Positions 12,915 through 26,290 of a DNA stretch of 64,000 bases are shown here, in pieces. The DNA comes from Paraspadella gotoi (Eukaryota > Animalia > Chaetognatha): NCBI GenBank assembly GCA_051294375.1, contig CM119269.1, forward strand, positions 13,752,726 to 13,816,725. The letters are read 5' to 3'. Under the pieces are notes generated by a model. That model saw nothing but the letters and a program-made list of their open reading frames with translations, was not told where the DNA came from and ran no database searches. Position numbers and translations under genes: made by a program. The first letter of the stretch is position 1. Each line of letters begins with the position of its first letter.

Positions 12915-15739
12915 TCTCGGCTGTTTACCTTTTACCTGCCTTAGAATTGACTTTGTTTCAAGAACAAATATACTCGAAATATTAATCCGTCATGCGTAGA
13001 GAGCGAACAAAATTTTATTGTAAGTGAAGCCACATGATACGTATAAAGTGTTTTAACTTGTTTAAATCGTGATCATAATTAAAGAAATAACCGTGGCTAA
13101 TGGTTATGAGGTACAAGGAACACAGAGACATAGTCACGCATAATTCCATAAAGTAATTCCACCAAGTTGATTTCCAGTTAATCAGGAGTGATTGAAAGCG
13201 GATACGGATACTGAACTCATCTCAAACGGATAAGTTATTGCTGTTAATGCATTAATGATTATCTCTTTAATCATACTTATCGATTTGTTTCTTATCGTTG
13301 TGCTCATCGTCGTCGTGTTTCTGTTGTAGCCGAGAATAAAAAAAAATTGCTACAAACAATCTTAAATCATTTATTCATTCAATGATTAAGCTATTTCGCC
13401 GCCGACCTTTGACCAGCTAAGATGAGTAAAGGCAACCATCCTACAAGATAATGACTCTCACAGACCAAGGTTCTCTTTTCCCATTTAATTATTCTCACGA
13501 TCGAACGATATTCACTCTAGCGAGTCTAATCACTTAATATACTCTAATCAGTTGTTACAAAATTCTTATCGAATTCTTAATCTCAAAATTTAGGACAAAA
13601 AATAAATTAAAGATTAAAAAAATAAAAATAATTCAAAATATATTATAATAACATCGCAGGAGAATCAAAGAAGCTCATCGATGCCCGAATCTTTGCTGAT
13701 TGCATTCACTCGCTCTTTATTCGCGTCGCGCGTACTTCTTACAATGATCGGGCCGCCCGAGACATTGTTCCGCAAGTTGCAACACGTGGTCAATATGAAC
13801 GATTCCCTATATAATATTTCGAGGGAAAACCCGGGATGTTGATGCTTCGTTGAAGTTTATCCTAAACTTACATTTTTGAACCTCGCTACGTTAATTTTCG
13901 ACAAGTCTAAATATATAACCCTTTTTTAAAATTGTTATCATCCGTAGTTCCTTCGAAACCCTTCTTTCTTTTTCTTTGCCTAAAACGTTTATTTCGCCAA
14001 AATCTCGCTCGAGGTAAAACCATTACAATGTAGTGACGTATGTAATAACACTCGGACCACTTTGCGAGTTTCTCTCTCTTCACCTGAAAACCATGATCCA
14101 ACCTTGTTTTTTTTAATTCGCCCATAAAAAAAAGTCCCACCATGCGGTTTCAATACTCAATTAAAAAAAACAATTTAAAAAAACTTAAAACTTTTTCCTC
14201 GATTAGCAAAGAAAAAAAAAAAACAAAAAAAAAAACTGTTGCTCGGAAAATTAGCAAGGCTTTTATTTTAACGAAAAAAAACCGCTGTTCATGAATCCAG
14301 GGAGAAAAAAAAAGGGGTTTAAAAAAAAATAAAGATTAATGAGGACGAAAAGAGGTAAAATATCGAATCGTTTCTATCGCAACACTTTTGCTGATTCGCC
14401 GATCAAAAGAAAAAATCGGAGGTTAAATCGAATTCAATTTGTTTTATTTTCGGTTGAAATTAATTGTTAGATAAACAAATCAAACATCTCACGATAAAAT
14501 ATGACTTTTTCAGCTATTGACGGGAGAGAAATTTTTATTTTGACAAACTTCATTGTTCAGTAATACTTGCTCGTCGGAAAGTAAAATGGCCAAAACAAAA
14601 TTTGTTTTCCGACGAAACAAGAATAATATCTAAAGTTCGGTTATTACGCCCCATGGTTTCGTGAGGATCACATTTAATCTTTCCAGTTTCTATTGTAGTA
14701 ATAATATGGGCCAGATGCTCTTTTGCTTTGCTAGTTTTTAGTTCGGATTTTTTCCGCTTTAAAACTCGAGTGAGCAGGTAAAAACAGTAAGGACGAACAA
14801 AAGAAAAAAAAGAGTCAAACAGATTTTGTTATTATAATCATATTTTACTTTAGAACAAGCTAGCCGTTATAATATTAATTTGTCAAAATAAAATTCGATA
14901 ATTTGACAATTTACGCCTAGATTTATAAAATAAGTCCACTAGCTAGTCAACGTGAATAAATAAAAGGAAAAACTAAAAATACAGAAAACAATTGTAATCA
15001 ATTTAAGTATATTTGTGCTACAAACAAACAACTAAATTGTACTAGATAATGCACATACGAAATGGCAAAAAAAAAGGACGGTAAAATGAAATGAGACAAT
15101 GGAAGTTGCACTAGGGGTAGCCCCACTCAATGGGGTGAGTCAAAAATTTAGAGTATTTTGAGTACATGCTCAAACGAAAATTTATAAATTTTTAAGTATA
15201 CTTTCAATAGACAAAAAAATTCTTATATGGCTCTATGCCCTAGTAGTTAATTTTTTTAATATTTATTTATAGATAGCAAAGGCCAAACATTTTTGGAGAA
15301 TTTGTAAAATTTAAGACCAGATTCAGATAGCTCATAAAAAGTTGNNNNNNNNNNNNNNNNNNNNNNNNNGCTCTACACAAAGTTATACATCTCTTTTTCC
15401 TAAATACTTTTTAAAAGTGACAAACAATAAAAAAACCATATAATAAAAATCCATGATTTAGTCAGTTTTTTTCTACATTTTCACTTGAAAAACAATGATT
15501 TTTAAAAGCTGCTAATTATATTCTTGTTTAACTTTTTATTCTCTATAGAATCCATCAAATTTTTCTAATATTTAAAAAAAAGTTGCTTTCCCTATACTAG
15601 TAATATAATTTACTTAATTATGGCTATACCCTCAGAAGAAAGCATCTTTTACAAAAAATATTTATACCAGAAACATAATGTCCATGAGAGTCTATTAACG
15701 CCCTGCATATACACAATACATTTAAATTTCATCGAGCCT

Positions 15740-18700
15740 ATGGCTGTCTACATTGTTTGCCGATCTCTATTGCTCATCTCCAAGCAAACGAGTTCCATCT
15801 TCTCCTTGGTGATCCGTCACATTCCACCCAGAAGTACTAGCCTTCATTCAACAAGAAATCGAGAATTCGGAGACGCTATGTTGGCGGAAGAGCCGCGGCT
15901 CCAGCGGAGTCAGGGCGCGACTGGAAGTGGGAAAAGTAGATCAATGAGAGGTAAGTTTTTTATTTTTGGGTTGGGCAGAGTGTTAACACTTACCTTCGGT
16001 CGAGCAGCGAAAGAGGTTGGTATTTAGCGCAAAGGATTTCGAATCCTTCCTCGTCACCTTTCTCATCGGATCCGTCTCGTTCGTAATGGGACAAGACGCC
16101 TGGGGGGAGATATGAGGGAGTTGAAGGGATTGGCAGAGAGAAGAGAAGCACGAGAGAGAGCAGAGATGAAGAAGAGAGAGAGACGAGAGGAGAGATGCGA
16201 GAGACGATTAGAGAGAGAGAGAGAAATTGTGGAAAGAGAGGAAGAAAGAAGAAAGAAAGTAGAACTAACCAACCAACCCAACACCAACCAACCAAATTAG
16301 CGGAATTGACTTTATCCAACGATTGTCTTCTTCCCTTATCCTTCTGTCGAATGTTTAATCTCAAATCGTCCTAACAACAAAAGATCATTGTAAAATTCTA
16401 ATCAATTGTACAAATTTTAACTATTAATCAAATACAATTAAAGATTTGCCTCTCCTAGGTATGACTTCTTGATAACCCTCACACCGCTACCTAGATAAAT
16501 CCGTAGTTGCCGATGCCGCGCGAGCCTTTCCACATAATATGTCTATACTGCCGTTTTCGCCTCACTGGTCGCGTCGCTCCGTCCATAACTCTCCAGACGT
16601 CCACGCTCGGCGCTCATTTCGTACGCGAAGATCTCGTCAAACGTCATAACAATGGACGAAGTCACACGCGTCCGAGAGTGATATTTCCCTCCGCCTCACG
16701 ACGTCGAGGTAAGAGCACTGTCAGAAACCAACGAGAAAAACGAACTGCGGGCTCGGAGATTTTTAATCAACAAAAAAACACGTGTATGCAAAACATTTGC
16801 AATTTCTCTAACGCCTTCTAGGTGGGCGCTACATTCGGAACATTTTCGATTGTGGCGATCATTGTCCTTATCGATAGCGCGATATTTATCAAAGTCAGCC
16901 TTCTGCACTTACCTTCTTCTCATCGAATTCTTTTCGTTAGTTCTATTTTATATTGAACTCGGGACGCAGAACAAGTGCTACGCCTTACTTTTTTATTGCC
17001 CGCATACTCGCGCCGCCTATTCACATACTTGGGAATTGATATAATAGCCTCTTTCGTGGTATTCCAGTCACACGCTCCATCAATGTGCCCACACGTCTGT
17101 CTGCAAATACGATTGAACAGCTCTCATATCTCATTTTTTCGTCGTCGAATCCAAAGCTGATAGATAGTCTAACTAACCGGTCAAATTTGACGTGTCGCAA
17201 CTATTACGCTCAGGCGTCCATGAAACATGCACTGATCGACCCTCTTCATACAGATAATGACACATGCGATTTGACGATCTCTTTCTGAAAATTCCATCAC
17301 ACAGATACTATCGCGCTTTTCTCACGTCTAGACGATACCCCTTACTTCTTTCACACCCTCGCGTCTGCGGTGCTATACGCACATTCTCCTATCATCGTAA
17401 GACGACGCCAGTCCCGACGGCAGGATGCTAGCGATCCAGATCGGACGCGGGCCGGACGCCGCGCCTGTAGCTGCGCATCATTCAATCCAGCGATATCCCG
17501 CTTCCGTCGAGTCCCGCGACGAGGCGCTTGGCGCGCTCTGCCATATTGAAGATATTGGACGGATGCTCTTTTGTTCCGCGAGTATACGCCATGCCTGAAG
17601 ATACATTAATATTAGATAATTTTTTAATTGATTTCATCTACTAATTTATTAAATGGTAAAATTGTAACTATTTCGATGTCAATAAATGAACGTACGAAAC
17701 CTTACCAACTCGGTTGAACTTAAGAAAAAAATTTAATGTAGTTTTGTCGGGGATTATTCAGTTTAATTTTTGTCTTAACATTTATTCTAGTCGGAATAAA
17801 AGAAGAATGCTAGAGAAATACAGTAAAGCAATATATTTTTTTTAAATATACATTGCATGTGTGGGACCATACGATAGTGGTATGTCTTCTCTTTATCTTA
17901 AACAGAGCAGTTGTCTTATTGCTTCAACTAACATAGAGCATTATATCAAAGAATGTCAAAACAATTAATATATCGGCAAAAGGCTGAGAAAGCAGTTAAT
18001 TTGAATCTTTATTCAGATTTTAAAATCCATAATTACCGTTCGTCGTATGACTTTTTAAATTTTTTCTCTTTATTATCAGTCCCACCCCTGTACACCTTTC
18101 ATCAGAAAACCTTATATGGCCAATCCAAGACCACCAAACGATAGATATTTTAAACAAAATTTATTTTTTTATTATTTTTTTTTAAAAGTCTTAATGACAC
18201 TTCTGCACATATTATTATTATTATTATTATATTTTTATTATTATTAATTATTATCATTATTATTATTATTATTATATTATTCTATTATTATTATCCCGCA
18301 TCGTAAATATCAGCGCCACCTTCTTGAAACCTCCGTCGGTTCAACCAACCGGCGTTCATTTTAGCGCCCACGACGCCGAATCATCGACTCTGAGCATGCG
18401 TCGTCCGCTGACGCAGACGAATTCGAAGACACTCGCTCGCGAGAAGGCCGCCCCTCCGGCCATATCGAGAGGCGCGTTCTGTTCCTACGTCGACGCGCCG
18501 TACGACGACGCCCCGTGGCGCCGGTGGGGACCTCGACCGAGCAGCTCGCGACCACACTAGACATCTGAACGTAGATGGGCGATAGTATTACTTTATGTCA
18601 TATTTCGACTATGATTGTATTTTGACTACTTGATTGATCTGAGCTCTACCTTTAGTTTCAGTCCTCTTGTGAATCAATTATTTGATTGATTAGAACTGTA

Positions 18701-19230
18701 TTTGATTGATCTTATTGAATGTTGATTGATGGAATTGCATGATCGATTGATCATTCGATTCACATCAACTTTCACTCATTCTTCATTAATATTTCATAGT
18801 GGATTATTCTTTTTTTTGGATCGATAGGATGATTTTTCAGGGATCGATCCGCATAGTTATATAAAATTTATTGCAATTTATTCATCGAAAGATTAATTGT
18901 TGCTGATGATCGGATTTCTTATCATCGACTCGTCTTCCAATTAATGCAATACATATTCCGTCATTCTGTAGGTTAAATCAGTCATTAAATTTTCAATCAT
19001 TCTGTTAACCAATCAAATCGTGATCAATCATAAACAAACAACTCTCCTCTTCACACTCAACGACGTTCGCTACACGCGCGCTTCTACACCATACTGGGGT
19101 GGATTCGCTCCGATTGATTCGTCGCGAAAATCCTACTTGAAGTATCCTCGTTTCCTTCGGCGACAGTCACTCCCGGAGCCGCCGGCCGTTTATGAGTTCG
19201 CAGAGGCAGTCGTCATCGTGGTCAGTTATC
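15740..19230 (-). repeat. Second, noisy tandem copy of the 3' part of the DM9-SOCS gene (offset 4261 from ~20000-23390)
   Basis: ORFs 16112/20373, 16507/20768 and 17085/21346 are identical at a constant offset of 4261, including apparent errors; the flanks differ by indels. Confidence 0.85.
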
Positions 19231-19446
19231 TTGGACTCTCTTCCTTTTTTAAAGAACCAACCAACCAACCAACCAACCAACCAAATAGCGGAATGACTTT
19301 TCCAACGATTGTCTCTTCCTCCTCTGTCGAATGTTTAATCCTCAATCGTCCTAACAACAAAAAAATCATTTGTAAAATTCTAATCAAATTGTACTAAATT
19401 TAACTTTAATTCAATACAAAATTAAAGATTTTGGTAGGATATTTAC

Positions 19447-19647
19447 CCACGAATAAATCCGTGTTGCCGATGCCGCGCTTTCCATTAAAGGATACGGCGT
19501 TTTCCGGCAGGCGTCGCTCGTTCCTAACTCGATCGTCCACGCGGCGCCATTCGTACGCGAAGTCGTCGTCAAACGTCATAAACTGGAAGCGACGCGTCCG
19601 ATGAATTTCCCCGCCGCACGACGCGAAAGAGAAGTGAAAAGACGAAC
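19447..19647 (-). CDS. Clean copy of an internal DM9 exon, out of order in the assembly
   Basis: ccag acceptor, gtaaat donor, 201 nt, phase 1-1: GSSFHFSFASCGGEIHRTRRFQFMTFDDDFAYEWRRVDDRVRNERRLPENAVSFNGKRGIGNTDLFVG. LPENAV..G....LFVG matches the DM9 pattern. Garbled versions lie at ~16490-16750 and ~20750-21010. Confidence 0.75.
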
Positions 19648-19999
19648 CTGGCGGAAATTTAAAAAAAAAAAAGGAAAATGACAATTTCAAGGCGTTGGCG
19701 ACGCATCGAACATTCGATTTGATCATTTGTTTTCGATTAGCCTCGATTCAAATCCTCATTTACTTTATAATTCTTTTTTTAGTTATTTTTATATGAACGA
19801 GGGCAAAAGGGCGGATACTTTTTTATTGCCGATCGCGTGATTACAATGGAATGAAAAAGCTTTTCGTGGTATATCACCTATCAATCTGCCACACGTCTGT
19901 ATGCAAATGAGATTGATGAGCTCAATCTCATTTTCGGTTGAATCAAAAGTATAGATTAGATAATAAGTCAAGATTTGAGNNNNNNNNNNAAATTTCATC

Positions 20000-22439
20000 G
20001 GCTATGGCTAGTCGTACATTGTTGCTCGATGCTCTATGCTCATCCCAGCCAAACGAGTTCCATTTTCTCTTTGGTGTTCGTCGACGATCCATTCCAGAAG
20101 TAGCGCTTCATCAAAGAATCGGGAATCGGGAGACGCTTGATGTTGGCGGGAAGACCGCGGCTCCAGCGGAGGATCCGGGCGCGACTGGAAGTGGGGAAAA
20201 GGTTAGATCAATGTGAGGTAAGTTTTTTATTTTTGGGTTGGCAGAGTGTAAACTTACCTTTGGTCGAGCAGCGAAAGAGGTTGGTATTTAGCGCAAAGGA
20301 TTTCGAATCCTTCCTTCACCTTTCTCTCGGATCCGTCTCGTTCGTAATGGGACAAGACGCCTGGGGGGAGATATGAGGGAGTTGAAGGGATTGGCAGAGA
20401 GAAGAGAAGCACGAGAGAGAGCAGAGATGAAGAAGAGAGAGAGACGAGAGGAGAGATGCGAGAGACGATTAGAGAGAGAGAGAGAAATTGTGGAAAGAGA
20501 GGAAGAAAGAAGAAAGAAAGTAGAACTAACCAACCAACCCAACACCAACCAACCAAATTAGCGGAATTGACTTTATCCAACGATTGTCTTCTTCCCTTAT
20601 CCTTCTGTCGAATGTTTAATCTCAAATCGTCCTAACAACAAAAGATCATTGTAAAATTCTAATCAATTGTACAAATTTTAACTATTAATCAAATACAATT
20701 AAAGATTTGCCTCTCCTAGGTATGACTTCTTGATAACCCTCACACCGCTACCTAGATAAATCCGTAGTTGCCGATGCCGCGCGAGCCTTTCCACATAATA
20801 TGTCTATACTGCCGTTTTCGCCTCACTGGTCGCGTCGCTCCGTCCATAACTCTCCAGACGTCCACGCTCGGCGCTCATTTCGTACGCGAAGATCTCGTCA
20901 AACGTCATAACAATGGACGAAGTCACACGCGTCCGAGAGTGATATTTCCCTCCGCCTCACGACGTCGAGGTAAGAGCACTGTCAGAAACCAACGAGAAAA
21001 ACGAACTGCGGGCTCGGAGATTTTTAATCAACAAAAAAACACGTGTATGCAAAACATTTGCAATTTCTCTAACGCCTTCTAGGTGGGCGCTACATTCGGA
21101 ACATTTTCGATTGTGGCGATCATTGTCCTTATCGATAGCGCGATATTTATCAAAGTCAGCCTTCTGCACTTACCTTCTTCTCATCGAATTCTTTTCGTTA
21201 GTTCTATTTTATATTGAACTCGGGACGCAGAACAAGTGCTACGCCTTACTTTTTTATTGCCCGCATACTCGCGCCGCCTATTCACATACTTGGGAATTGA
21301 TATAATAGCCTCTTTCGTGGTATTCCAGTCACACGCTCCATCAATGTGCCCACACGTCTGTCTGCAAATACGATTGAACAGCTCTCATATCTCATTTTTT
21401 CGTCGTCGAATCCAAAGCTGATAGATAGTCTAACTAACCGGTCAAATTTGACGTGTCGCAACTATTACGCTCAGGCGTCCATGAAACATGCACTGATCGA
21501 CCCTCTTCATACAGATAATGACACATGCGATTTGACGATCTCTTTCTGAAAATTCCATCACACAGATACTATCGCGCTTTTCTCACGTCTAGACGATACC
21601 CCTTACTTCTTTCACACCCTCGCGTCTGCGGTGCTATACGCACATTCTCCTATCATCGTAAGACGACGCCAGTCCCGACGGCAGGATGCTAGCGATCCAG
21701 ATCGGACGCGGGCCGGACGCCGCGCCTGTAGCTGCGCATCATTCAATCCAGCGATATCCCGCTTCCGTCGAGTCCGCGACGAGGCGCTTGGGCGCGCTCT
21801 CCATATTGAAGATATTGAGGATGCTCTTTTGTTCCGCGAAGTATACGCCATGCCTGAAGATACATATAATATTAGATAATTTTTTAATTGATTATTACTA
21901 ATTCTATTAAATGTAAAATTGTAATATTTGATGTAATAAATGACGTACGAAACCTACCAACTCGGTTGGAACTTAAGAAAAAAATTTAATGTAGTTTTGT
22001 CGGTGATTTTAGTTTAATTTTTGTCTTAAAATTTATTCTAGTTCTGATAAAAGAAATATGTAGAGAAATAAGTAAATGAATATATTTTTTTTAAATATAC
22101 ATGATGGTGGGACCATACGATAGTGGTATGTCTTCTCTTTAATTTAACAGAGCAGTTGTCTTTTGCTTCATAAAATAAGCATTATATCAAAGAATTCAAA
22201 ACAATTAATATATCGGCAAAAGCTGAGAAAGCAGCTTAATTTGAATCTTTATTCAGATTTTAAAAATAATTACGTTTCGTCGTAGTGACTTTTTAAATTT
22301 TTTTCTCGTTTATATAGTCCCACCCCTGTAATTTCTCAAAAATTATATGCCAATCCAAGACCACCAAACGATAGATATTTTAAACAAAATTTATTTTTTT
22401 AATTTATTTTTTTAAAAGTCTTTATTGAACTTCTGCATA

Positions 22440-22534
<95 letters not shown>

Positions 22535-24205
22535 CCCGATCGTAATCATCGCCACCTTCTTGAAACCTCCGTGGTCCAACCAACCCGGCGTCGATTTAGC
22601 GCCCACCGACGCCGGAATCATCGACTTCAGGATGACGTCGCCGCTGACGCAGAGAATCTCGAAGCAGCTCGCTTCGCAGAGGCGCCCCTCGCGGCGATAA
22701 CGGAGGCGGCGTCGTTCGACGTCGACGCCGCCGACGACGACGACGTGGGCGCCGGTTGTGGGATCGACGAGGAAAGCGCGACCCACATAGATAATCTGAA
22801 CGGAGGGCGATTGATTGATTGATTTGATTGATTGATTGATTGAATTGATTGATTTGATTGATTTATTGACTTGATTGAATAATTGATTTGATTGATTAGA
22901 TTGATTTGATTGATTTAATTGAATGTTTGATTGATTGATTGATTGATCGATTGATCGATTGATTCATACTTTCATTCATTCGTTCATTAATAATTTCATA
23001 GTGTGATTGATTCTTTTTTTGATCGAAGGATTGATTGTTTAGGGATCGATAGATAGTTTATAAATTTATTGCATTATTCATCGAAAGATTAATTCGTTGT
23101 ATGATCGATCTTATCAATCGACTCGTCTTCAATTAATGCAATACATAATTCCGTCATTTCTGTAGGGATTAAATTCAGTCATTAAATTATTCAATCAGTT
23201 CTTTAACCAATCAATCGATCAATCAAACAAGGTCGTCCACTCACGCGTTTCGCCACGGGGTCGAATCCGCCGATGACGGCGAAATCGTTGAAGAGTTCCT
23301 CGTTTCCTTCGGCGACGATCCACTGGAGGCCGCGGCGTTTATGATTCAGCAAGAGGCAGTAGTCGTCATCGGTGGTCAGTAGAAAATCTTTTGGGGGTAA
23401 ATGTAAAATGTAAAATGTAAATGTAATGTAAAATCTTTGGGGCTAAATGTAAATGTAAAATCTTTTGGGGGGGTGGGTGAGGCGAGATGTGAAGTGATTT
23501 ATCGGCGTTAGGGGGGGGGTACCTTACCCTCGGCACCGTCGAAGTCCATTTTAAAATCTTTAATTTTCATTGAGGCCGGGGTCATTTGTTCGTTTTCCGA
23601 TGCGGAACCTGGGATCGATCGAAGAGAGAAATCGAAATATCATTTAGAGTCTGGAGGGCTGTTAATAAACGAGAAAATTAAATCTTTCTTGAAAAACATC
23701 ATTTATCTTTATCTTTTTATCGTCTTAACTGTCAAATTGTTTCTTTTATTTCAGAAAAAATAAATCATCATTTCGTTGAAGGGACGGAGTCTTTATCCAA
23801 AATTAGCAGACAATATTTAACTTGATTATTAAAGGAATGGATAATTTTGGTGTCGAGACAGCTTATATATTGCATGAATTAAATTTATTTAAATTGGTTT
23901 CATCAATTACAAAAATGAGTGCATTTTTTTACTTTAAGCTTTCAAGTAAGGAGACCCTTTAAACACCTATACATCGGTAATCTATTCTTACTCGAAATCT
24001 TACTCCGTCTCCTCACGGCGCCCGGTTCGTATTGGGCCCGGCTCGCGTATCCGGGCAACGTCACCAGGACCGCGCCGACCAAGACGACGCTGCCGTCGGC
24101 GTCTCGACCGGCGACCACGCCGGAATTGAAGACGTGTTCCGGCGTCAATCGTTGAGAGGACGAAGGAAGCCAATAGAAGTCCGGAGGGGAGGAGGAAGAG
24201 GACAT
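20000..24205 (-). CDS. DM9-repeat (lectin-like) protein with C-terminal SOCS box; exons 24205-24004, 23608-23528, 23387-23245, 22795-~22540, 21853-~21615, ~21010-20750 (noisy), ~20400-20258, 20184-~20000
   Basis: The first four exons join in phase through GT-AG: ...FYWLPSS..GVVAGRDADGSVVLVG..YEPG...LQWIVAEGNEELFNDFAVIGGFDPVAKR/IIYVGRAFLVDP..EGRLCEASCFEILCV. A later exon reads YERDGSERKVKEGFEILC. The last junction gives PLSLLDQS/RARILRWSRGLPANIKRLPIPDSLMKRY (BC box plus LPxP Cul5 box). Confidence 0.75.
22440..22533. repeat. (ATT)n microsatellite in an intron
   Basis: Pure ATT run; source of the poly-Ile ORFs. Confidence 0.95.
22808..22965. repeat. (GATT)n imperfect microsatellite in an intron
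   Basis: Repeated gatt/tgat units. Confidence 0.85.
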
Positions 24206-24360
24206 CCTGCGGACGACTGGACGGCGCCCTTTGGGATGTGGAACAAAGTGGCCGATAAATAGGCATAGAGAAAAGATTAAAAATAATACTTTTAATTATA
24301 AAACTAATACTAATAATTATACTAATTATACTCCGTAAAAATATTCGAGTTTTCTCATTG

Positions 24361-24920
24361 AACAAGTTTGAGCAAACAATGCCGGATCTAAATAATTAAT
24401 TAATAATTAATCCGGCATTTTTTGTACAAACTTTTTTTCTTAGGTCTTTTCGTCACTGACCACAACAAAAGCAAAACACGACGATGATGTAGACGACGAC
24501 GATAACACCGACGATTAATTAATTAATTAATTGACTGATAAATTAATTAATTTATAAATTGATTATTTAATTGATCAGATAATTGCTTAATTACTTGATT
24601 AATTATTTGATTAATTAATGCAGCTTGAATTTATATTTAGTATATAAAAAAAGCATATAATCAATTCTTAAAACAGGTTTTTCGTTTTTTCCGAAGCTAA
24701 AGACGGACGCTTATGATCGTGGCTTTGCTCAAACTGGTTTTTAATTAGCTTCTCCTTCTTGAAAAGCCAGTTTTCTTCTGTGTCTATCTTTATTTCTTTG
24801 CATGTTTCTCTCTCCTCCATTTCGTGTCTTTTTCTTTTGATTTTTTGCATATTGATGTCTTTTAATAATAATGTCTTTTGATTTTTAGTCGGATCTGCTT
24901 ATCAACATGCGTATTGCGTA
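24361..24920 (-). mobile_element. Fragments of the Helentron/DINE-1-like (HINE) family
   Basis: aacaagtttgagcaaacaatgccggatct terminus at 24361; opposite-orientation terminus ttttagtcggatctgct at ~24884. Confidence 0.65.
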
Positions 24921-25299
24921 ACCCTTTGTCGACTTTTGGACCAGAAAGAACCCATTTTTAAAAATATTTTTGGAAAACTTTTTTTAAAAAATATGTTAAA
25001 AGCTTTTTCTTGTCATTTTATATCAAATTCAGTATAAATCTGACAGTATTTTTTCATGGCTTTCTGGTGATATAGTTTTAATCTTTCTAATGCAACCAGA
25101 TAAAAAGATATTAAAAGTTATACAAAAAAATCGTATTTTTTGTCTCTATTTTAAAGCTATTAAAAAAAAACAAAAAGGAAAGATTACACAATGTGTTGCG
25201 GGTTTTTTCTCATAAAACAAATGCTATACAGGGTTTAAGCAGTGCAATTATAATTTCATTTAATAATAAAGACGCGATTCCAATTCGACATTAATAAAC

Positions 25300-26290
25300 G
25301 GGCGATCCCGGAGTTGAATTCCCTCTGGAGGCTCATGGGAAAACGAAGAGAAAGAAGAGGAAAAAATAAAGTTCGTTTCTTTACGGAAAAGAAAATTTAA
25401 AACCGTAACAACAATGATATTAAAAACGTTTTTAAGCTTAACGAGCTAAGGATTTCTTTTTAATTATTTTAAAAAATTAATTATAATATTTTTTTTTCAT
25501 TGCCTTTGATAGATATTTACAAAATAACAGTTTTATTCATTTAATAATTCGGATATGTTTTGGTTCTTGTTTTTTGAACCTTCATCAACCAGTTTTAATA
25601 GTTTTAATAAATATTTGGATACTAACTTTGAGAGATAGAGAGAGAGGCAATTATAACCTTGATATCTCTCACTCTCTCCGAATTATTAAATGACCATTGT
25701 AATCATAAATAAAAACTTTTACTTTGTAAATGTTATTATTATATTTTTTATAAATTTATTAATATTTAAATATTATTTTTTGAAATGTTAAATTATTGTA
25801 TACTTAAGCCGAAAATTAATTTTAAATTTAACTTTAATTTACCTTAACTTACCCCTAACCCAAACTTACCCCTAACCTAAACTGACCTCTACCCCTAACT
25901 TACCCTTACTCCTAACTTACCCTAAACCCTAACTTACCCCTAACCCTAACTTACCCCAAACCCTAACTTACCCCTAACCCTAACTTACCCCTAACTTATT
26001 TTTAACCTAAATTTATTTTTCTAGTTAACTTATACTTATTCTTAATTTATTCTTAACCATAATTTATTGTAACCTTAATTTTTACCCAAATTTATATTGG
26101 TTGTACCAAATGTAACAATAATAAAAAATATTTAAAAAAAATTATATCTGAATTCCTTTATTTTTTTCCCCGAAACGTTATCCTCTTCCGTTCCATTTCG
26201 TTCCTCTTCATTTTTCCGTTAATTCTTTAAGAAAAACCTTGCTCTTCGTTTTCCCATAGGCCTCCAGAGGGCATTGATCTCGAGGAATGA
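25300..26290. mobile_element. Two inverted copies of a short SINE-like repeat flanking a dispersed element with a CCCTAA-containing minisatellite
   Basis: ccctctggaggctcatgggaaaacgaagag at ~25320 and its near reverse complement at ~26243-26272. 25575-26000 matches 62195-62700 and ends in (ccctaacttac)-type repeats. Confidence 0.55.

Noticed and set aside
13650-14145. Exon-like segments (also 8060-8225)
   Set aside because: Strand, frame and product could not be determined.
15740-23390. Tandem duplication of the DM9-SOCS gene as two real paralogs
   Set aside because: About 1.4 kb of garbled sequence is identical in both copies, and a clean version of the same exon sits out of order at 19447-19647 next to an N gap; this is best explained by assembly redundancy.
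25840-26000. True telomere or chromosome-fusion scar
   Set aside because: The units are not pure TTAGGG or TTAGG, and the array belongs to a dispersed repeat.
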